Below, piece after piece: positions 27,827 to 44,083 of a stretch of 64,000 bases of DNA. Numbering within the stretch: the stretch's first letter is position 1; every line of letters begins with the position of its first letter. Under the pieces are notes generated by a model, which was not told the DNA's origin, ran no database searches, and saw only the letters and a program-made list of their open reading frames with translations. Both the position numbers and the translations under genes were made by a program. Origin of the DNA: Eledone cirrhosa (lineage: Eukaryota); assembly GCA_964016885.1 (NCBI GenBank), contig OZ024742.1, positions 345,464,001-345,528,000 of the forward strand, in the 5' to 3' direction.

Positions 27827-28004
27827 ATTCGTACGGTTGTCCTTCCTGTTCCGTATAACCATGTCCATTACGAGGTGAGGATCCGCTAAGGTGAAACAAT
27901 TGTTCTCGGTATGGTGAACTAACTGTTGTGTAACCACTTCTACGTAACTCGTCCCATGGACCGAGTGCTCTACCACTACGGATATTACCTTCCAGTATTC
28001 TACC

Positions 28005-28041
<37 letters not shown>

Positions 28042-28339
28042 TTAGGTAATCCAGTGAGAGGTTGTGAGTACTGTGTACTATGGGTAGTTTTAATGTACGG
28101 CGTTGTTTGACTTAACAGGGGGTTTCCATAGTTAGGTAGCGAGTTGGCGAATAATAGTAGTGAAAGAGTGAATAATAACATGGTCAGCTGTACAAAAAGG
28201 GTTTTATTTAGAGTGTTAATTATTGTTTCATTGTGATTCCAGATTCGGGCTAGGTCGATACAGATCGAACCATGAGCTTATCACTATCAAATCGCGCGTC
28301 AACAATCAATAAACGTAATGAAGGCTTAACAAATCGTCC

Positions 28340-28415
28340 TTATATATATATATATATATATAAGTATGTATGTATACGTACATACATATATGTATACAGA
28401 CGTACAGTAGCATGC

Positions 28416-28446
<31 letters not shown>

Positions 28447-29060
28447 CAGGTACACATACATATATGTACGTATCAGTTAAGCGGACGCTTATCATAACGC
28501 CCGCTTTGTTCGTTTGTAAACAAACTGAACAGCCTGAATGTATGCCGTACGGTGTTAAGGCAACCACGTCACCTTTTTGTTCAACACTGACACAGGAACG
28601 ATGTACTAGTTTCAGGCTTGTTAGCTATCATCAGCACCGTATACCCTTCTGCCAGATGGTTGAACGTTCGAAAGTATATACTTTCCTTATGAAAATTAAC
28701 GGCCGAGCAGCCTAATTTGCATATCGAGTGAGTTCAATCGGCCAGGCGTACCGAAAACGATAAGTTGTAATAAAATGAAAACGAAATTTCATTTCTCACA
28801 CTTAGAACGGCACTTACTTAAATGTAAGTATGTATGTAAACGTACATACATATATGTATACAGACGTACAGTAGCATGCATATATATATATATATATATA
28901 CATACAGGTACACATACATATATGTACGTATCAGTTTAGCGGACGCTTATTATAACGCCCGCTTTGTACGTTTGTAAACAAACTGAACAGCCTGAATTTA
29001 TGCCGTACGGTCGTACTAAGAGTGAGAAATGAAATTTCGTTTTCATTTTATTACAACTTA
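28340..29060. repeat. direct duplication (28340-28552 / 28824-29012) plus inverted segment (28760-28810 / 29010-29060)
   Basis: Duplicated TAAGTATGTATGTA...GCGGACGCTTAT..TAACGCCCGCTTTGT..GCCGTACGGT. Inverted TAAGTTGTAATAAAATGAAAACGAAATTTCATTTCTCAC. Confidence 0.75.
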
Positions 29061-29064
29061 TATA

Positions 29065-29096
<32 letters not shown>

Positions 29097-29100
29097 CATA

Positions 29101-29250
<150 letters not shown>

Positions 29251-29307
29251 TATATATACATATTCATATATATATATATATATATAAATATATATATATA
29301 CATATAC

Positions 29308-29340
<33 letters not shown>

Positions 29341-29366
29341 TATATATATATAAATATATATACATT

Positions 29367-29442
<76 letters not shown>

Positions 29443-29485
29443 TATATCTATATATATATACATATATATATATATATACATATAC

Positions 29486-29606
<121 letters not shown>

Positions 29607-29625
29607 GTATATATATACACACATG

Positions 29626-29661
<36 letters not shown>

Positions 29662-30425
29662 GACAGGGGGGAAGAAAAATGGCTTCACTTGTGCTTTCAA
29701 CAAATTTATTTTCTTCACAAAATCCAAAAAGAATTTTTCTTAAAAAAAATTATTTTATAAATTAAGTTGTTGGTTGTTGGTTAGGTCTTAGGAGTTCTTG
29801 GTTAACGTAGGAGGTATTGTTTCGTTTTTAGAAAGACCTTTCACGCTGAGGTGCGCTTGTCAAACTGATGTGTATGTGGTGTGTTGTTCTATATATAGGG
29901 ATGTAGCATGTCTGTGGTGTGGTGGGGGGTTTCTTTTCTCCCCCTTTAATAAGTGCATGGGTGTAGGGGTGTTGAAAAAGTGTTCATAGCAGTAATGAGT
30001 TGAGACGGTGAGTAGGTTGGGTGGGGAGAAATGTAGCAAGTGCGGCCTGCCCCGGTCATTCTCGAAAAATTCCTTTATTCAGGGGAAAAAGCTTTTAGTA
30101 TTGCTTTTTTGTTGAGAATGGTCACAGGCAAATCGCACCTGTCAAGTTTGTGAATAATTCTTTTTTTCTTTTTTCCCGAAGAATTTTTCTACGTCCATCC
30201 CAAAGTTAGTCCTTTGTTCAACACACACATATATGTGCGCATACACGTACATACACACACGGGCATATGTAGGAATATATAGGCACACACCATCAATCAC
30301 ACACCCATGTACAAATACATCCACATACATAGACAAAAACATATAGAGACACATATAAAAACACACATACACATACGTACACACACGAATATGTACTCAT
30401 ACCTCCACATGGGTATATATATATA

Positions 30426-31588
30426 TGGTGGCTGCCAACTCGTTTTCGAGTACGGCCACTACTTTATATCCATGTAGGACAACCCCTACCAATGCGCTGA
30501 ACGAGTGTGACTTTTTAGTCCAGCCAGCGACTTGAAAATTCTGGTACAAACACTACACCCGTGACAATTATTGACACATAGTGCTGGGCCCATGGTACCA
30601 TGTGACGACAAGTGCAGAGAGATCTCCAGATATAAAGCAATGCCTGTGCTGTGAAGCTTTTATAGTGAGCAAAGGCACTGCACAAAGCCAGTCCCACTCT
30701 CTTAACCAAGATGATATTTACCAAAAAGAACAATTCAACATCATTGGATACCATCAGGGTTGCAGATGTAGTGACCTACATTCCGCGGGCTCACATACAT
30801 TCTCTGTGCGTGATTTGGCTCAGTTCAGCCAATCAGCGCAGTAGAAGAGGATGTATCCCTACGTGCCCTGAGGAAGAAATTCACCGCGAAGATTTGAAGA
30901 ATCTCGCTCTCGTACCAGAAACTTCGAGCCAGCAACACGCATAATGTAACAGTGAGATATTGCACCACTAGCTTCGCCGGCTTAAGGGCGCCATGGCACA
31001 TTCCATTTTGTAACCTCTTTGTATCTGTAACTTCAACCATATAAATAAACAAACATTTCATCTATAATTACTGCGGTTGAAGTCGTTGTTATGTTACTCG
31101 TGTCTCAATAACATCTTTAATCCATGCTGCTGGAATTGGCGACCTGACGAAAGGAATATTGTAAATAGATGGTAAATAGATCGAGGGACCTTCCCTCACG
31201 TCTATGTCAACAAGATAATCCAACGAGGATACTATCACTTACCACACTGGCAACTAACGACCACTGATTCTACCACCCTGCTAAAGTGGCGATAACATCT
31301 ATAACCAATACTGCTAAAGAGGTGTTATATCAGAGTTTTCCTTCTCCTAGAATTCTGCCTTGACAAAGGCTAAGGGGTCATCTCTCCCGGTGATTTTGGA
31401 TGGCTATTGACTCTTAAGAGCCCCTTTGCCTTTTGACAGGTTTTATTTTTAGTCCTGCAGGATGTCCAAAGCCACTCTCCTCACCAAGAAACCTTGGTGG
31501 GGTTGCCAGTTTAGTCGCCAACGACCCGACCATGAGACAGGTTGTACTGGGATACATGTTACCAATAGCACCAACTGGTGACCTGACA
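30426..31588 (-). mobile_element. internally deleted RTE-like element (5'UTR + 3' end) with nested insert
   Basis: The 5' part has AAACTGGCAACCCCACC...CTAGGAGAAGGAAAACTCTGA, typical of RTE 5'UTRs. The 3' part translates CSVCTRIFKSLAGLKSHTRSAH like 4715-5312. A second copy lies at 59390-59945. Confidence 0.7.
30767..31144 (+). mobile_element. possible LTR plus primer-binding site
   Basis: TGTAGTG...CAATAACA (30767-31113), internal AATAAA, TGGCGACC at 31137-31144. Absent from the 59390 copy of the host element. Confidence 0.45.
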
Positions 31589-31719
31589 CATACATACATA
31601 CATACATACATACATACATACATACATACATACATACATACATACATACATACATACATACATACATACATACATACATGGTGGCTGCCAACTCGTTTTC
31701 GAGTTGGCAGCCACCATAT

Positions 31720-31733
31720 ATATATATACATAT

Positions 31734-31777
<44 letters not shown>

Positions 31778-31827
31778 ATACATATACACATACACACACA
31801 TATACACACACACATATAAATATATAT

Positions 31828-31858
<31 letters not shown>

Positions 31859-31946
31859 CATATATACATACATATACATACATACATATACATACATATA
31901 CACACATAAAGATACATAACTAAATATACATATATACACATACACG

Positions 31947-31985
<39 letters not shown>

Positions 31986-31991
31986 GTGTAT

Positions 31992-32024
<33 letters not shown>

Positions 32025-32137
32025 TATGTCCGTATATATACCCCTCCGTTCACACATACATGCATACACACACACACATACACATATACATCTATATATA
32101 TATACACATATAAAGAGAGAGGCATACACACACATAC

Positions 32138-32194
<57 letters not shown>

Positions 32195-32245
32195 CATATA
32201 TACATACATATAAATCCACATACATATATATATACACATACATAT

Positions 32246-32306
<61 letters not shown>

Positions 32307-32368
32307 CATACACATACACATACACATACAAGTACATACATACACACATACATACATACACATACATG

Positions 32369-32412
<44 letters not shown>

Positions 32413-32459
32413 TACATACATATACATATACATATATGTACACATACACACACATACAT

Positions 32460-32492
<33 letters not shown>

Positions 32493-32730
32493 TGTGCGTA
32501 CACACGAACACATAAAGACACATATACACATACACACATATATACATATATATACATATATATACACATACATCTACATACATACATACATATACACAAA
32601 CAGAAACATACACATATGTACACACATATATACATATATGCACATACATACACACACATACACACATATATATAGGTACATACACATACATACACACACA
32701 CATAAACATACATACACACATACACATATA

Positions 32731-32762
<32 letters not shown>

Positions 32763-32795
32763 CACACACACATACAAACATACACACATCCATAC

Positions 32796-32851
<56 letters not shown>

Positions 32852-32930
32852 ACACACACACCCACATACATATATACCCACACGTACATACATCCATACA
32901 TCCCTACACACATATATGTGTGTGTGTGTC
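31720..32930. repeat. CA/TA-rich compound microsatellite within the PLE 3' region
   Basis: Low-complexity (CA/TA) mosaic. Confidence 0.9.
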
Positions 32931-33029
32931 ACCGTTTACTCAGATATTCATGTGTATATATAAGAAGAGGGGGGGGGGGGGCTAGTGAAATGGAATTTTA
33001 CCTTCGAGTGTTAATTCATTTTTTCGTGT

Positions 33030-34860
33030 TCAGTAGTGGTTTAAATTTTTAAATGAAGAATTCTTCTTTATATCTGCGGAAATGTTCGTTATCCGACCAT
33101 ATCTTGAAGAAAGGTAAGATTGTGAATTTTCCCTTCCCGCATGATGCAAAGTGTGCGCTACATGTGGTATTTCTGACTGTGGGGTCTTTAATTTGTTGTT
33201 TATATACCCGGACTCTATCATGTAATCCCGTTCCGGTTTCCCCAATGTAATACTCTTTACACTGTGGACATGTTGCGCAATATATTAGGTTTTTCGTTTT
33301 GCAGTTCATGTTAGCATTGACCTTGAAATTATCATGGTTTTTTAAGGACAACTGTTTGCCCTCTTCGATGAGTTCACAGGTTCCACATCTAGGGTCCCCG
33401 CATTTCGTCACTTGCATTGATTCCATGTTGGTCGTAAATTTTGCCTTGGTAATTAGTTTTTTAAGGTTGGGTGCTTGGCGTCTGCTATAAATTATCTGTA
33501 TGTTTTTTAAGAGTGCATTCATTTTGGTAGATTGCTGTAGAATCGGGAGATACTGCTTAGCAGTTTTCACAATGTTGATGTTCCCTGGGTTGTGAGTGAT
33601 GACAAAAGAGATAGCAGGGTTTTCTTTTTTATGTTGTGGGTTTGGTTTTCTCAGTGTTGTTATTGGGATGGTCTTAGCCTTGGAGATGGCTGCGTTGATG
33701 AGTTTCATCGTGTATTCTTGTTTTTTAAGGAATTTTTTCAGGTCACATAATCTTTTTTCTTGTAGTACGGGGTGTGTTGCTATAGTGCAGATGCGCCTTG
33801 CCATGTTGAAGGGAATGTTCCTTTTCGTATGTGAGGGGTGTGCTGACCGGAAATTTAAGTATTGGTGTGTGTCAGTGGGTTTTCAAAATAGGTCCGTTAT
33901 GATATTTTCCCCTTCTTTAATGATGAGGATATCTAGAAAGGGCAGTTCCTTTTCGCTACATTCCATAGTGAATTGTATAGCTTCATGAAGCCTGTTTAGG
34001 ATCGAATAAAATTTTTGTAGGTCTGTTTGGCTTCTGTTCCAGAAGATGAAGCAGTCATCTAGGTAACGTTTCCAGTTTTTATTAATGTAGAAGGCGAAGA
34101 CGTGACTGAATGTTATCTGTAGTTGGGAATATAATTTTGCCTCTAAGTGACCCATAACGAGCGTTGCATATGTAGGGGCCACTTTGGTACCCATGGCTGT
34201 TCCTTTTATTTGTAGATAAAGTTCGTTGTCAAAGAGGAAGTGGTTGTTTTCCAATACTAATTTAAGTCCTTCCAAGATGAATTCTTTGGGGAATCTTTCT
34301 GAAATGTGACTTCAGTGTTTTGTAATCCAGAAGTCCACAGCTTCAATCCCTAGGTCGTGTGGGATGTTAGTGTACAGGCTTATTACATCAAAACTGACTA
34401 GGATTGTATCCTGGTGTACTTTTTGGGGGATATAGTTAAGGAATTCCATATCATCTCTGATGTAGCTTGGAACTTTTTTACATAGGGGTTTGAGTATGAT
34501 GTCTAATAGATGGCTTAGACGTTGTGTGCTTGAGGCTGGGCCAGCAATAATGGGGCGAAATTTTAAGTCTGTCGGTTTTGGTGCTTCGATGTATGATGTA
34601 TTTTTCCCTTTTATGTTGTTTTGGATTTCTATGCATTTGTGAATTTTTGGTAATCCATAGAAATTGCTGGTTTTCATTTCGAAGTTGGTTAGGTAATCTA
34701 CTTCTTTTGGTGTTAGGTTGTTTTGGTACTTTGTTGTTAGTTTGCCTATTTGGTTCCTCGATTTCCTTTCTTCGTTTTTAGTGATTTTCCTGTAGAAGTT
34801 TTCGTCATTCAAGTGTGCTAGGACCATATCTTTGTAGTGGTTTGTGTCCATGATGACGAT
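33030..34860 (-). pseudogene. PLE RT + GIY-YIG, frameshifted
   Basis: FYGLPKIHK, FRPIIAG, SFDVISLYTNIP, GTAMGTKVAP, WKRYLDD, LPFLD, KCGDPRCGTC, LIY..CPQC..YYIGET. Confidence 0.92.
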
Positions 34861-35424
34861 TGAAAAAAATAATTATTCACAAACTTGACAGGTGCGATTT
34901 GCCTGTGACCATTCTCAACACAAAAGCAATACTAAAAGCTTTTTCCCCTGAATAAAGGAATTTTTCGAGAATGACCGGGGCAGGCCGCACTTGCTACATT
35001 TCTCCCCACCAAACCCTACTCACCGTCTCAACTCATTACTGCTATGAACACTTTTTCAACACCCCTACACCCATGCACTTATTAAAGGGGGAGAAAAGAA
35101 ACTCCCACCACACCACAGACATGTTACATCCCTATATATAGAACAACACACCACATACACATCAGTTTGACAAGCGCACCTCAGCGTGAAAGGTCTTTCT
35201 AAAAACGAAACAATACCTCCTACGTTAACCAAGAACTCCTAAGACCTAACCAACAACCAACAACTTAATTTATAAAATAATTTTTTTTAAGAAAAATTCT
35301 TTTGGGATTTTATGAAGGAAATAAATTTGTTGAAAGCACAAGTGAAGTCATTTTTTCTTCCCCCCTGTCTTAATATACCTAACTGTACCAAGGATTACAC
35401 ACATTTTCCAATATATATATATAA

Positions 35425-35529
<105 letters not shown>

Positions 35530-35541
35530 CACACATGTATG

Positions 35542-35615
<74 letters not shown>

Positions 35616-35632
35616 TATATATATACATATAC

Positions 35633-35686
<54 letters not shown>

Positions 35687-35732
35687 CATATATATACATA
35701 TATATATATATATGTATATATATACACACATG

Positions 35733-35782
<50 letters not shown>

Positions 35783-35786
<4 letters not shown>

Positions 35787-36028
35787 GAAATGTGTAAAAT
35801 ATGTAGTTTAGAAAGCCACAACAATGCAGATGGGAAATCTCGAGGTAGGAAGTGAGTGAGAAATAGGAGAAAAGTGAAAATTGAGAGAAACGAAAATGAA
35901 AACAAAATCTCCACTTCTACCTCTGTTTTGTTTTCATTTTCGTTTCCCTCAATTTTCACTTTTCTCCTATTTCTCACTCACTTCCTACCTCGAGATTTCC
36001 CATCTGCATTGTTGTGGCGGCTTTCTAA

Positions 36029-36036
<8 letters not shown>
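35783..36036. mobile_element. fold-back element in (TA)n, presumed PLE end
   Basis: Arms 35798-35907/35926-36036, 18-nt spacer, ~15-nt tail. Confidence 0.7.
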
Positions 36037-36114
<78 letters not shown>

Positions 36115-36159
36115 TATATACATATATACATATACATATATATATATATATTTATATAA

Positions 36160-36270
<111 letters not shown>

Positions 36271-36339
36271 TATTGCTCTGATACTTACATAGAGCACTCT
36301 TCATTTCTATGACCTTTTCTGTTTCCAACGGAAATTTCA

Positions 36340-36384
<45 letters not shown>

Positions 36385-36429
36385 TAAACAAATAATGAAT
36401 AAACAATTCCTTATATTAAACAAAAAAAG

Positions 36430-36583
36430 TTCATTATTCAACGATCGTTTCTAGGATATATATGTGTTAGAATTGGTATGCATATTCAACAGATCTATGT
36501 ACAAAATTATACAAAATTATACAAATTATCAAGATTAAATATACATACCAACACATATATACGCCGTCTTCAGAAATAATGAA
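36430..36583 (-). ncRNA. hammerhead ribozyme with 10-bp stem I and ~115-nt stem II domain
   Basis: TTCATTATTT-CTGAAGA-..TATATATGTGTTGG...CTAACACATATATA..-GAAA-CGATCG-TT-GAATAATGAA. Confidence 0.78.
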
Positions 36584-37257
36584 GTATATTTATTGATAAT
36601 AACAACAATTCAAAATTTCAGGTCCGTTTGGGAACAAAATTGACCAATGAAAACACAAAGGGTTAAATGCAGTTCGGTGTGTGTATATACATGTAAAACC
36701 CTTACACATATTTTACAAAAATGTATGTATAATTTGTATACGCATACTAAAAGGATGGATGCAAATACAAAATTTCAAGGTTAATGTCTCTGTAAGTTTA
36801 TAATGCACAGATAAGATGCGTATTGACACAAGTATGAAATATAAATATATTTGTTCCTACTCAACCTTATCCGTACAATCACACATACACGCGCGTATAT
36901 GCATAAATATACACATAACCACGAACATACAAACACACACACACCCCCACTCACATTTATATATGTGGATATAAAATCATAAGCACATGGATATTAATTC
37001 ACTCACATAAAACACTGGCACACACATTTTTAGATCAAGATACAGAAATTAGGTGGGAGGGGGGGGGAGAGGTCAGTATTCAACGGTCTGAGCAGACTGC
37101 CTAATATAGATGTATCTATAAACTAAGAAAATAAAAAATAATAAAAAAACATTAAAGAGGAAAGAATAGAAAGAAAAAAGAAAAAAGAAAAAAGAAAAAA
37201 GAAAAAAGAAATATATCAAGAAAATATACATATATATATATATATACATACATATAT

Positions 37258-37296
<39 letters not shown>

Positions 37297-37479
37297 TATA
37301 CATACAATATACATATATATACACATAGACACACACACACACATACATAAATATACACACATATACAAACACATACATACATATACACACATCCACACTA
37401 AGAACATACATACACACACATATATAAACATATACATATACACACATACATTCATATACACATATACGCACAAATACAC

Positions 37480-37526
<47 letters not shown>

Positions 37527-37848
37527 CACATATATGTACATACACGTACATATACACACACATATACATATAATCACACATACTATATAGACGCACATAT
37601 ATATAACCACACACATACATGCACATATACAACACTTACATACTAATATACATACAGATATACACATACATAGCTATATATACACACAAATATATACAGA
37701 CTTACATATATACATACAGACAAATACTTACGCATCTATATATCGGTATATACATACAAACACCACTACACTATCACACAACTTAGAAATACAAAGAGAA
37801 AGGTATATACCTATACACACATACATATACAAATAGAAAAACATATAG

Positions 37849-37881
<33 letters not shown>

Positions 37882-37913
37882 GATATATATATACACACAT
37901 ATATATATATAAC

Positions 37914-37946
<33 letters not shown>

Positions 37947-38178
37947 CATATACACATACACACACATACACATACACACACATACATACATGTACACACG
38001 CATAGAAATATATACGCATACACACATACACACATACATATAAAGTCATACACACACAAACACCTACACGAACATACACATACACATATATAAAGATATA
38101 TATACATACACACACACACACACAACACATACACACATACACATATATATAAAAAAAATAAATAATAAAGATATATAC

Positions 38179-38231
<53 letters not shown>

Positions 38232-38588
38232 CATACACATACACACATATATACATACATATACATACACACATACATAGACGTACATGTACATACATAC
38301 ACGTACATCGATATACATACATATATATATACACACATAGACACATACATACATACACACACAACTTACATACATACATATATATACATGTATATTCATA
38401 CATAGAATTAGATATATAATCATACATACATATGCACTTACTTATACTCATATATACAAATACATACGCATCCATATATGCGTATATACATAAAAACGCC
38501 ACTACAACCTCACCTAACTCAGACATACAAATAAAAATAAAAAGGCATATGTATATACATATATACACGCATTAATAGAGACATATAT

Positions 38589-38634
<46 letters not shown>

Positions 38635-38898
38635 ATATATACACACATACATTCATATATATATATATATATATAGATACCCACACACACATACCACCAT
38701 AAATACACATACAAACACCCACATATACATATATATACACACGTATATATATATATATATACACACACATAAAAAACAGACATGCACATATATATATAAT
38801 TTTTCTACACTTATATATACACATATTACATACACATACACAACCTCACATATACACACATACACATAAGTTATATTATAATAATAAAAAAATAAAAA

Positions 38899-38969
<71 letters not shown>

Positions 38970-39029
38970 GACATATACATACATATATACACACATACGA
39001 AATATAGACATATAATCACACATAGACAC

Positions 39030-39070
<41 letters not shown>

Positions 39071-39327
39071 TACATATACACAGACACATATACACACTCA
39101 CATATATATGTGTGTGTGCACACACACATACATACATACATACACATATATATACATAAACACATATATGTGCATACATGCACACACACACACATATATC
39201 ACATAGATACGAAGATAGACATATAAATAGAGAGACATACATATATATATACACAACACACATACACACACATACATACACACACACATACATATACATA
39301 TATATATATATATATATATCTCTATAT

Positions 39328-39362
<35 letters not shown>

Positions 39363-40728
39363 CATACATACACATACATACACATATACATATACACATT
39401 CACATACACATACATATATACATGCATATATACACATATATACATATATACACACACTCATATATACACACACAATCTTACATTCATATTTGCATGCGCA
39501 TATATGTATTTTTATATTCAGATATAAATACCCAAACCTATATAGACACCTACCTACATATATATTCATACATACACGCTTACAAATACAGATGATAATA
39601 GTATGGGGGAAAGGGGGGGTTTGGAGAAGGGGATCATATTAAATATATGTTTCAAGAAACATAGAATATTTTCCGTATCTTGATCCAATGTATGTTTTTA
39701 CATAGTTTCAGTGTTAGGAAATACAACAAACAAGAACTAAGGCAAAATCTATGCATCTCAAAATAAACAAGTATACCATTAACTATATGTTAACTAAACC
39801 AAAGATAGTTAACATATTGATTTCTAAGGTGTAAATTAGTTAGGTTTATAATATTTGAAGCAGAATTTTAAAATTAAATAGTAGTAGAGTATTAATTATA
39901 GTATAACTAAATTAAAGTTAATAACGTTATGGTATCAATATTAGGAAATGAATTTAGTAATAGGGAAAAAACAAATAAAATAAAGTATTACATCGGTAGT
40001 AGAATATAAATTATAGGTTAACTAAATTAAAAATTATATATTTATTTCTATAGTATATGTTAATTAGGTATATAATACATAAAACAGATATTGTATTTTA
40101 TCAATAGCATAATATAATTATATGCAAATAGACATCAAAATTAATACACATACATATACATATACATACACATACATATATACATATATATACACATATA
40201 TATATATATACACATATACACATATACATACACACACACATACACATACACATATACATATACATATCTTTTTCAAAAAATTGCATAGAATATATTAACT
40301 AGGTATATATCCAAAACACATCTCATTCTATGATTACATGACTTTCTGCAATTCGTCTGTATAAGGATACTAATTTTAAGCAAATTAAAATTAAATTTTT
40401 AGGTTGATTAAAATTAAAACCAAATTATAAATATATTTCTAAAATGTATATTAATTAGGTCTATAATACTAAAAATTATTTCTCTGTCATTGGGTACACG
40501 ATATTATTTTGTTATAATTTATCTGTAAAAGAATTATAATAAAAGGTTTAAATAAATTAAAATTAATCTATAAATTAAATTACTAAGTATATATTAGTAA
40601 TATTTAAAGGTTTTTCACAATTTATGATTACATAATATTTTATATTCTCATCTGTAATAAAATTTTAATTAAATTAAATTTATAGGTTAAATAACATTTA
40701 AATTAAATTAATTTCTAAAATAATGTTA

Positions 40729-42500
40729 TTAATTAGGTTTATAATATTTAAATGTTTTTTTTAGTTTATGATTACACGATATAATTAATTCCTGTCGTTT
40801 ATTTAATAAGATATCCTTAGACTTCATTATTTCAAATAGTTCTTGGGAACATAATCTACATTCATTTCTATTATTTTGATAAGGGGTAGCTCTTTTGAGC
40901 ACACTCCAGGTCAAATCATATTCTATATTCTTATTTTTATAACTATTGATTTTTTCTGCTAGAGATGTTGTATTAGCCAGTGCGGCATTTTTAAAACTAT
41001 GCTTGTGGGTATTAAACCTTGTCTTAAAATTGTTAGAGGTAGCTCCTATATATGAGCAAATAGAATCTTTAGTTTTAACATTACATTTATAGACTATGTT
41101 GTTAACAAGACAATTCCCTTTTAATGGGCAGTTTGCTTTGTTTCTACAGTTACATCCTTTCGTTAATTCTGTATTTGAGGAGATATTATGGTTAATTTGA
41201 TGTACTGGTGGTATACTTATGGTTTTCTTACATTTATATGCATTATAGGCACTTATATTTTGTTTTATGTTATTTGTTGTAGAGTATGAGAATTTAACTG
41301 TAGACCTATTTAAGATTTGATGGTATTTGTGGTTTGGCGGGAAGTTTTTCTCAAGGATATAAAAAAATTTTTTAGCAATATTATCCTTAACTTGTAAATT
41401 AAAAGGAGCATTATACCAAGTAACCCGTCTATTACGGTTTCTATGTTGTTTATTATTTTTATTATTTTTATAGGTTGTATCGTGATTTTTACTAGGAGGA
41501 TTAATGTTAATGATCTCACCACAACTATTTTTAGTTATATTTGTAGATTTAGGTGTTTTATCCTTTTTATTAGGAGCTTTATTATTAATATTTATTAGAG
41601 TTGTATGATGAGTAGTTTTTTGAGAGTTACTATACTTTATATTAGAAGATTTGGTATTTTGGGGTATAGTGTGGGTGGCATTTAGGTGTGTACTTTTCAT
41701 TTGGTGTTTGTTGGTAATATTATGTTGTATGCTTTCAGTATTTTTAGTAGAAGGTATATACTCTAATCTATTTTTGTGGCCACTTCTATCTAGAGCTTCG
41801 TTATAGAAGGTCGCATTTTTATCAAATACATCTTGGTTAGAAGAAAGGTTAGAAATTCTAAGTGATATATTATATGCAAGGTTTTTAAGGATAGATTTAG
41901 GGTGATTAGATTGTGAGTGTATGTAATGTAAGTTTTGGTTAGGTTTATGGTAAGGTTGGTAGATACCCGTAGCTAAATCTAAAGTTATATCTAGGAAATT
42001 TACTACTTTACTTGTTTTTTCAAAAGTAATATTAAGATTATAATAGTCTTTAAGGAAAGTTCTAATATGTTTTTTGTTTTTTTCAATTTCTGAAAGGCTA
42101 AGGTTGTTAGAAAGAAGAAGACAGTCATCACGATATAAACCACCTTTAAGGTGGGGAAAAGAGGCATTTATGTTGAAAAGGAGAAAGAGGCCCACAAGAT
42201 CAGTAATTTGGGCGGAATCGCTTGAACCCATAGTAATATCAAAAAGATTACTATATGTGTTTCTCGTCCAGTATTCATTCTGAAATTCAATAAGTGTTAG
42301 TCTAGCAAGTGTAATAATATTAATGTCATCCAAAGTTAAGTTAGATCTATTTTTAGCAAATATCAATGCTTTGTTCAGGAGTATAGGTGATATAGAAGAA
42401 TAGTAATTATCTATATCAAATTGTAGGAATGAAGCAGAAGATTTACACCTAATATTTTTAAACCAGTTAATTACCTGGGAGGTGTTTTCCCAGAGTGGTA
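40729..42500 (-). CDS. PLE reverse transcriptase + GIY-YIG endonuclease (5'-truncated, otherwise open)
   Basis: The frame extends upstream of the listed ORF through [25 protein letters not shown]. Motifs [44 protein letters not shown]...[15 protein letters not shown]. Confidence 0.9.
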
Positions 42501-42522
42501 AAATAACGTGTTTTCTTATTTT

Positions 42523-42633
<111 letters not shown>

Positions 42634-42789
42634 CTTAGAGTTTACACTCAATGGGGTCATTTACAATCATTTCAGCTCTAAGATCGTACAGGCAAACTTT
42701 ATGTTGTTGAATTAAGATATTTCATTCTAGCGATTTTATTAGTCAATTGCAACTAAAACATGTAAATGTTCATCAAATATTAATTTATA

Positions 42790-43402
<613 letters not shown>

Positions 43403-43976
43403 ATCAAGTAAGTATGTTTTGAAACAGTGAGCGAGTTTGAAATTAGAAAATATATAGCTTTCACCGTATTTTTGACTAAAGGAATTTTAGCTTGATAACG
43501 GGGTTTAGAACCCTCAGATAAATGGAAAAAGATGAGTATTGACGAAAAACGTTGCAACCAAAAGAAAACAGGAAGATGATACTTTGGTTCGTGAAGACGT
43601 TCCATGGCAATGAACGGAAAAAAGTGAAGATAATACGTCGCTATGTAGAGAGTGAGAACAAATACACGCAAAGACAAAACCACGTTTATGGTATAAATGA
43701 AGTCGTAAACTAATATTCTATTTAGGAAACCGAATGGTTCTCAGCTTCAGAGTTAGAATAATTTGAATAAATTAATAGAACGAAAATTACAGAGGTTATA
43801 AAATCAATAATAAATATATACATACACACATCTATATATGTACATACTCGTGCATACGCGGAATCACCCGTCATGTATGCATATACACGTAAACATAAAC
43901 ACGCCCACACATACATAAACCTGCGCGACACATGTACCCGCACACATACGAACGTATATACCAGATACACATAAAA

Positions 43977-44083
<107 letters not shown>

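Larger units (their letters stand above)
29655..35411 (-). mobile_element. 5'-truncated YLDD-type PLE (Neptune-like) with ~510-bp inverted terminal copies
   Basis: 29655-30170 is inverted to 34862-35373, with a ~37-nt tail to 35411. Coding pieces lie at 33030-34860. Confidence 0.88.
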
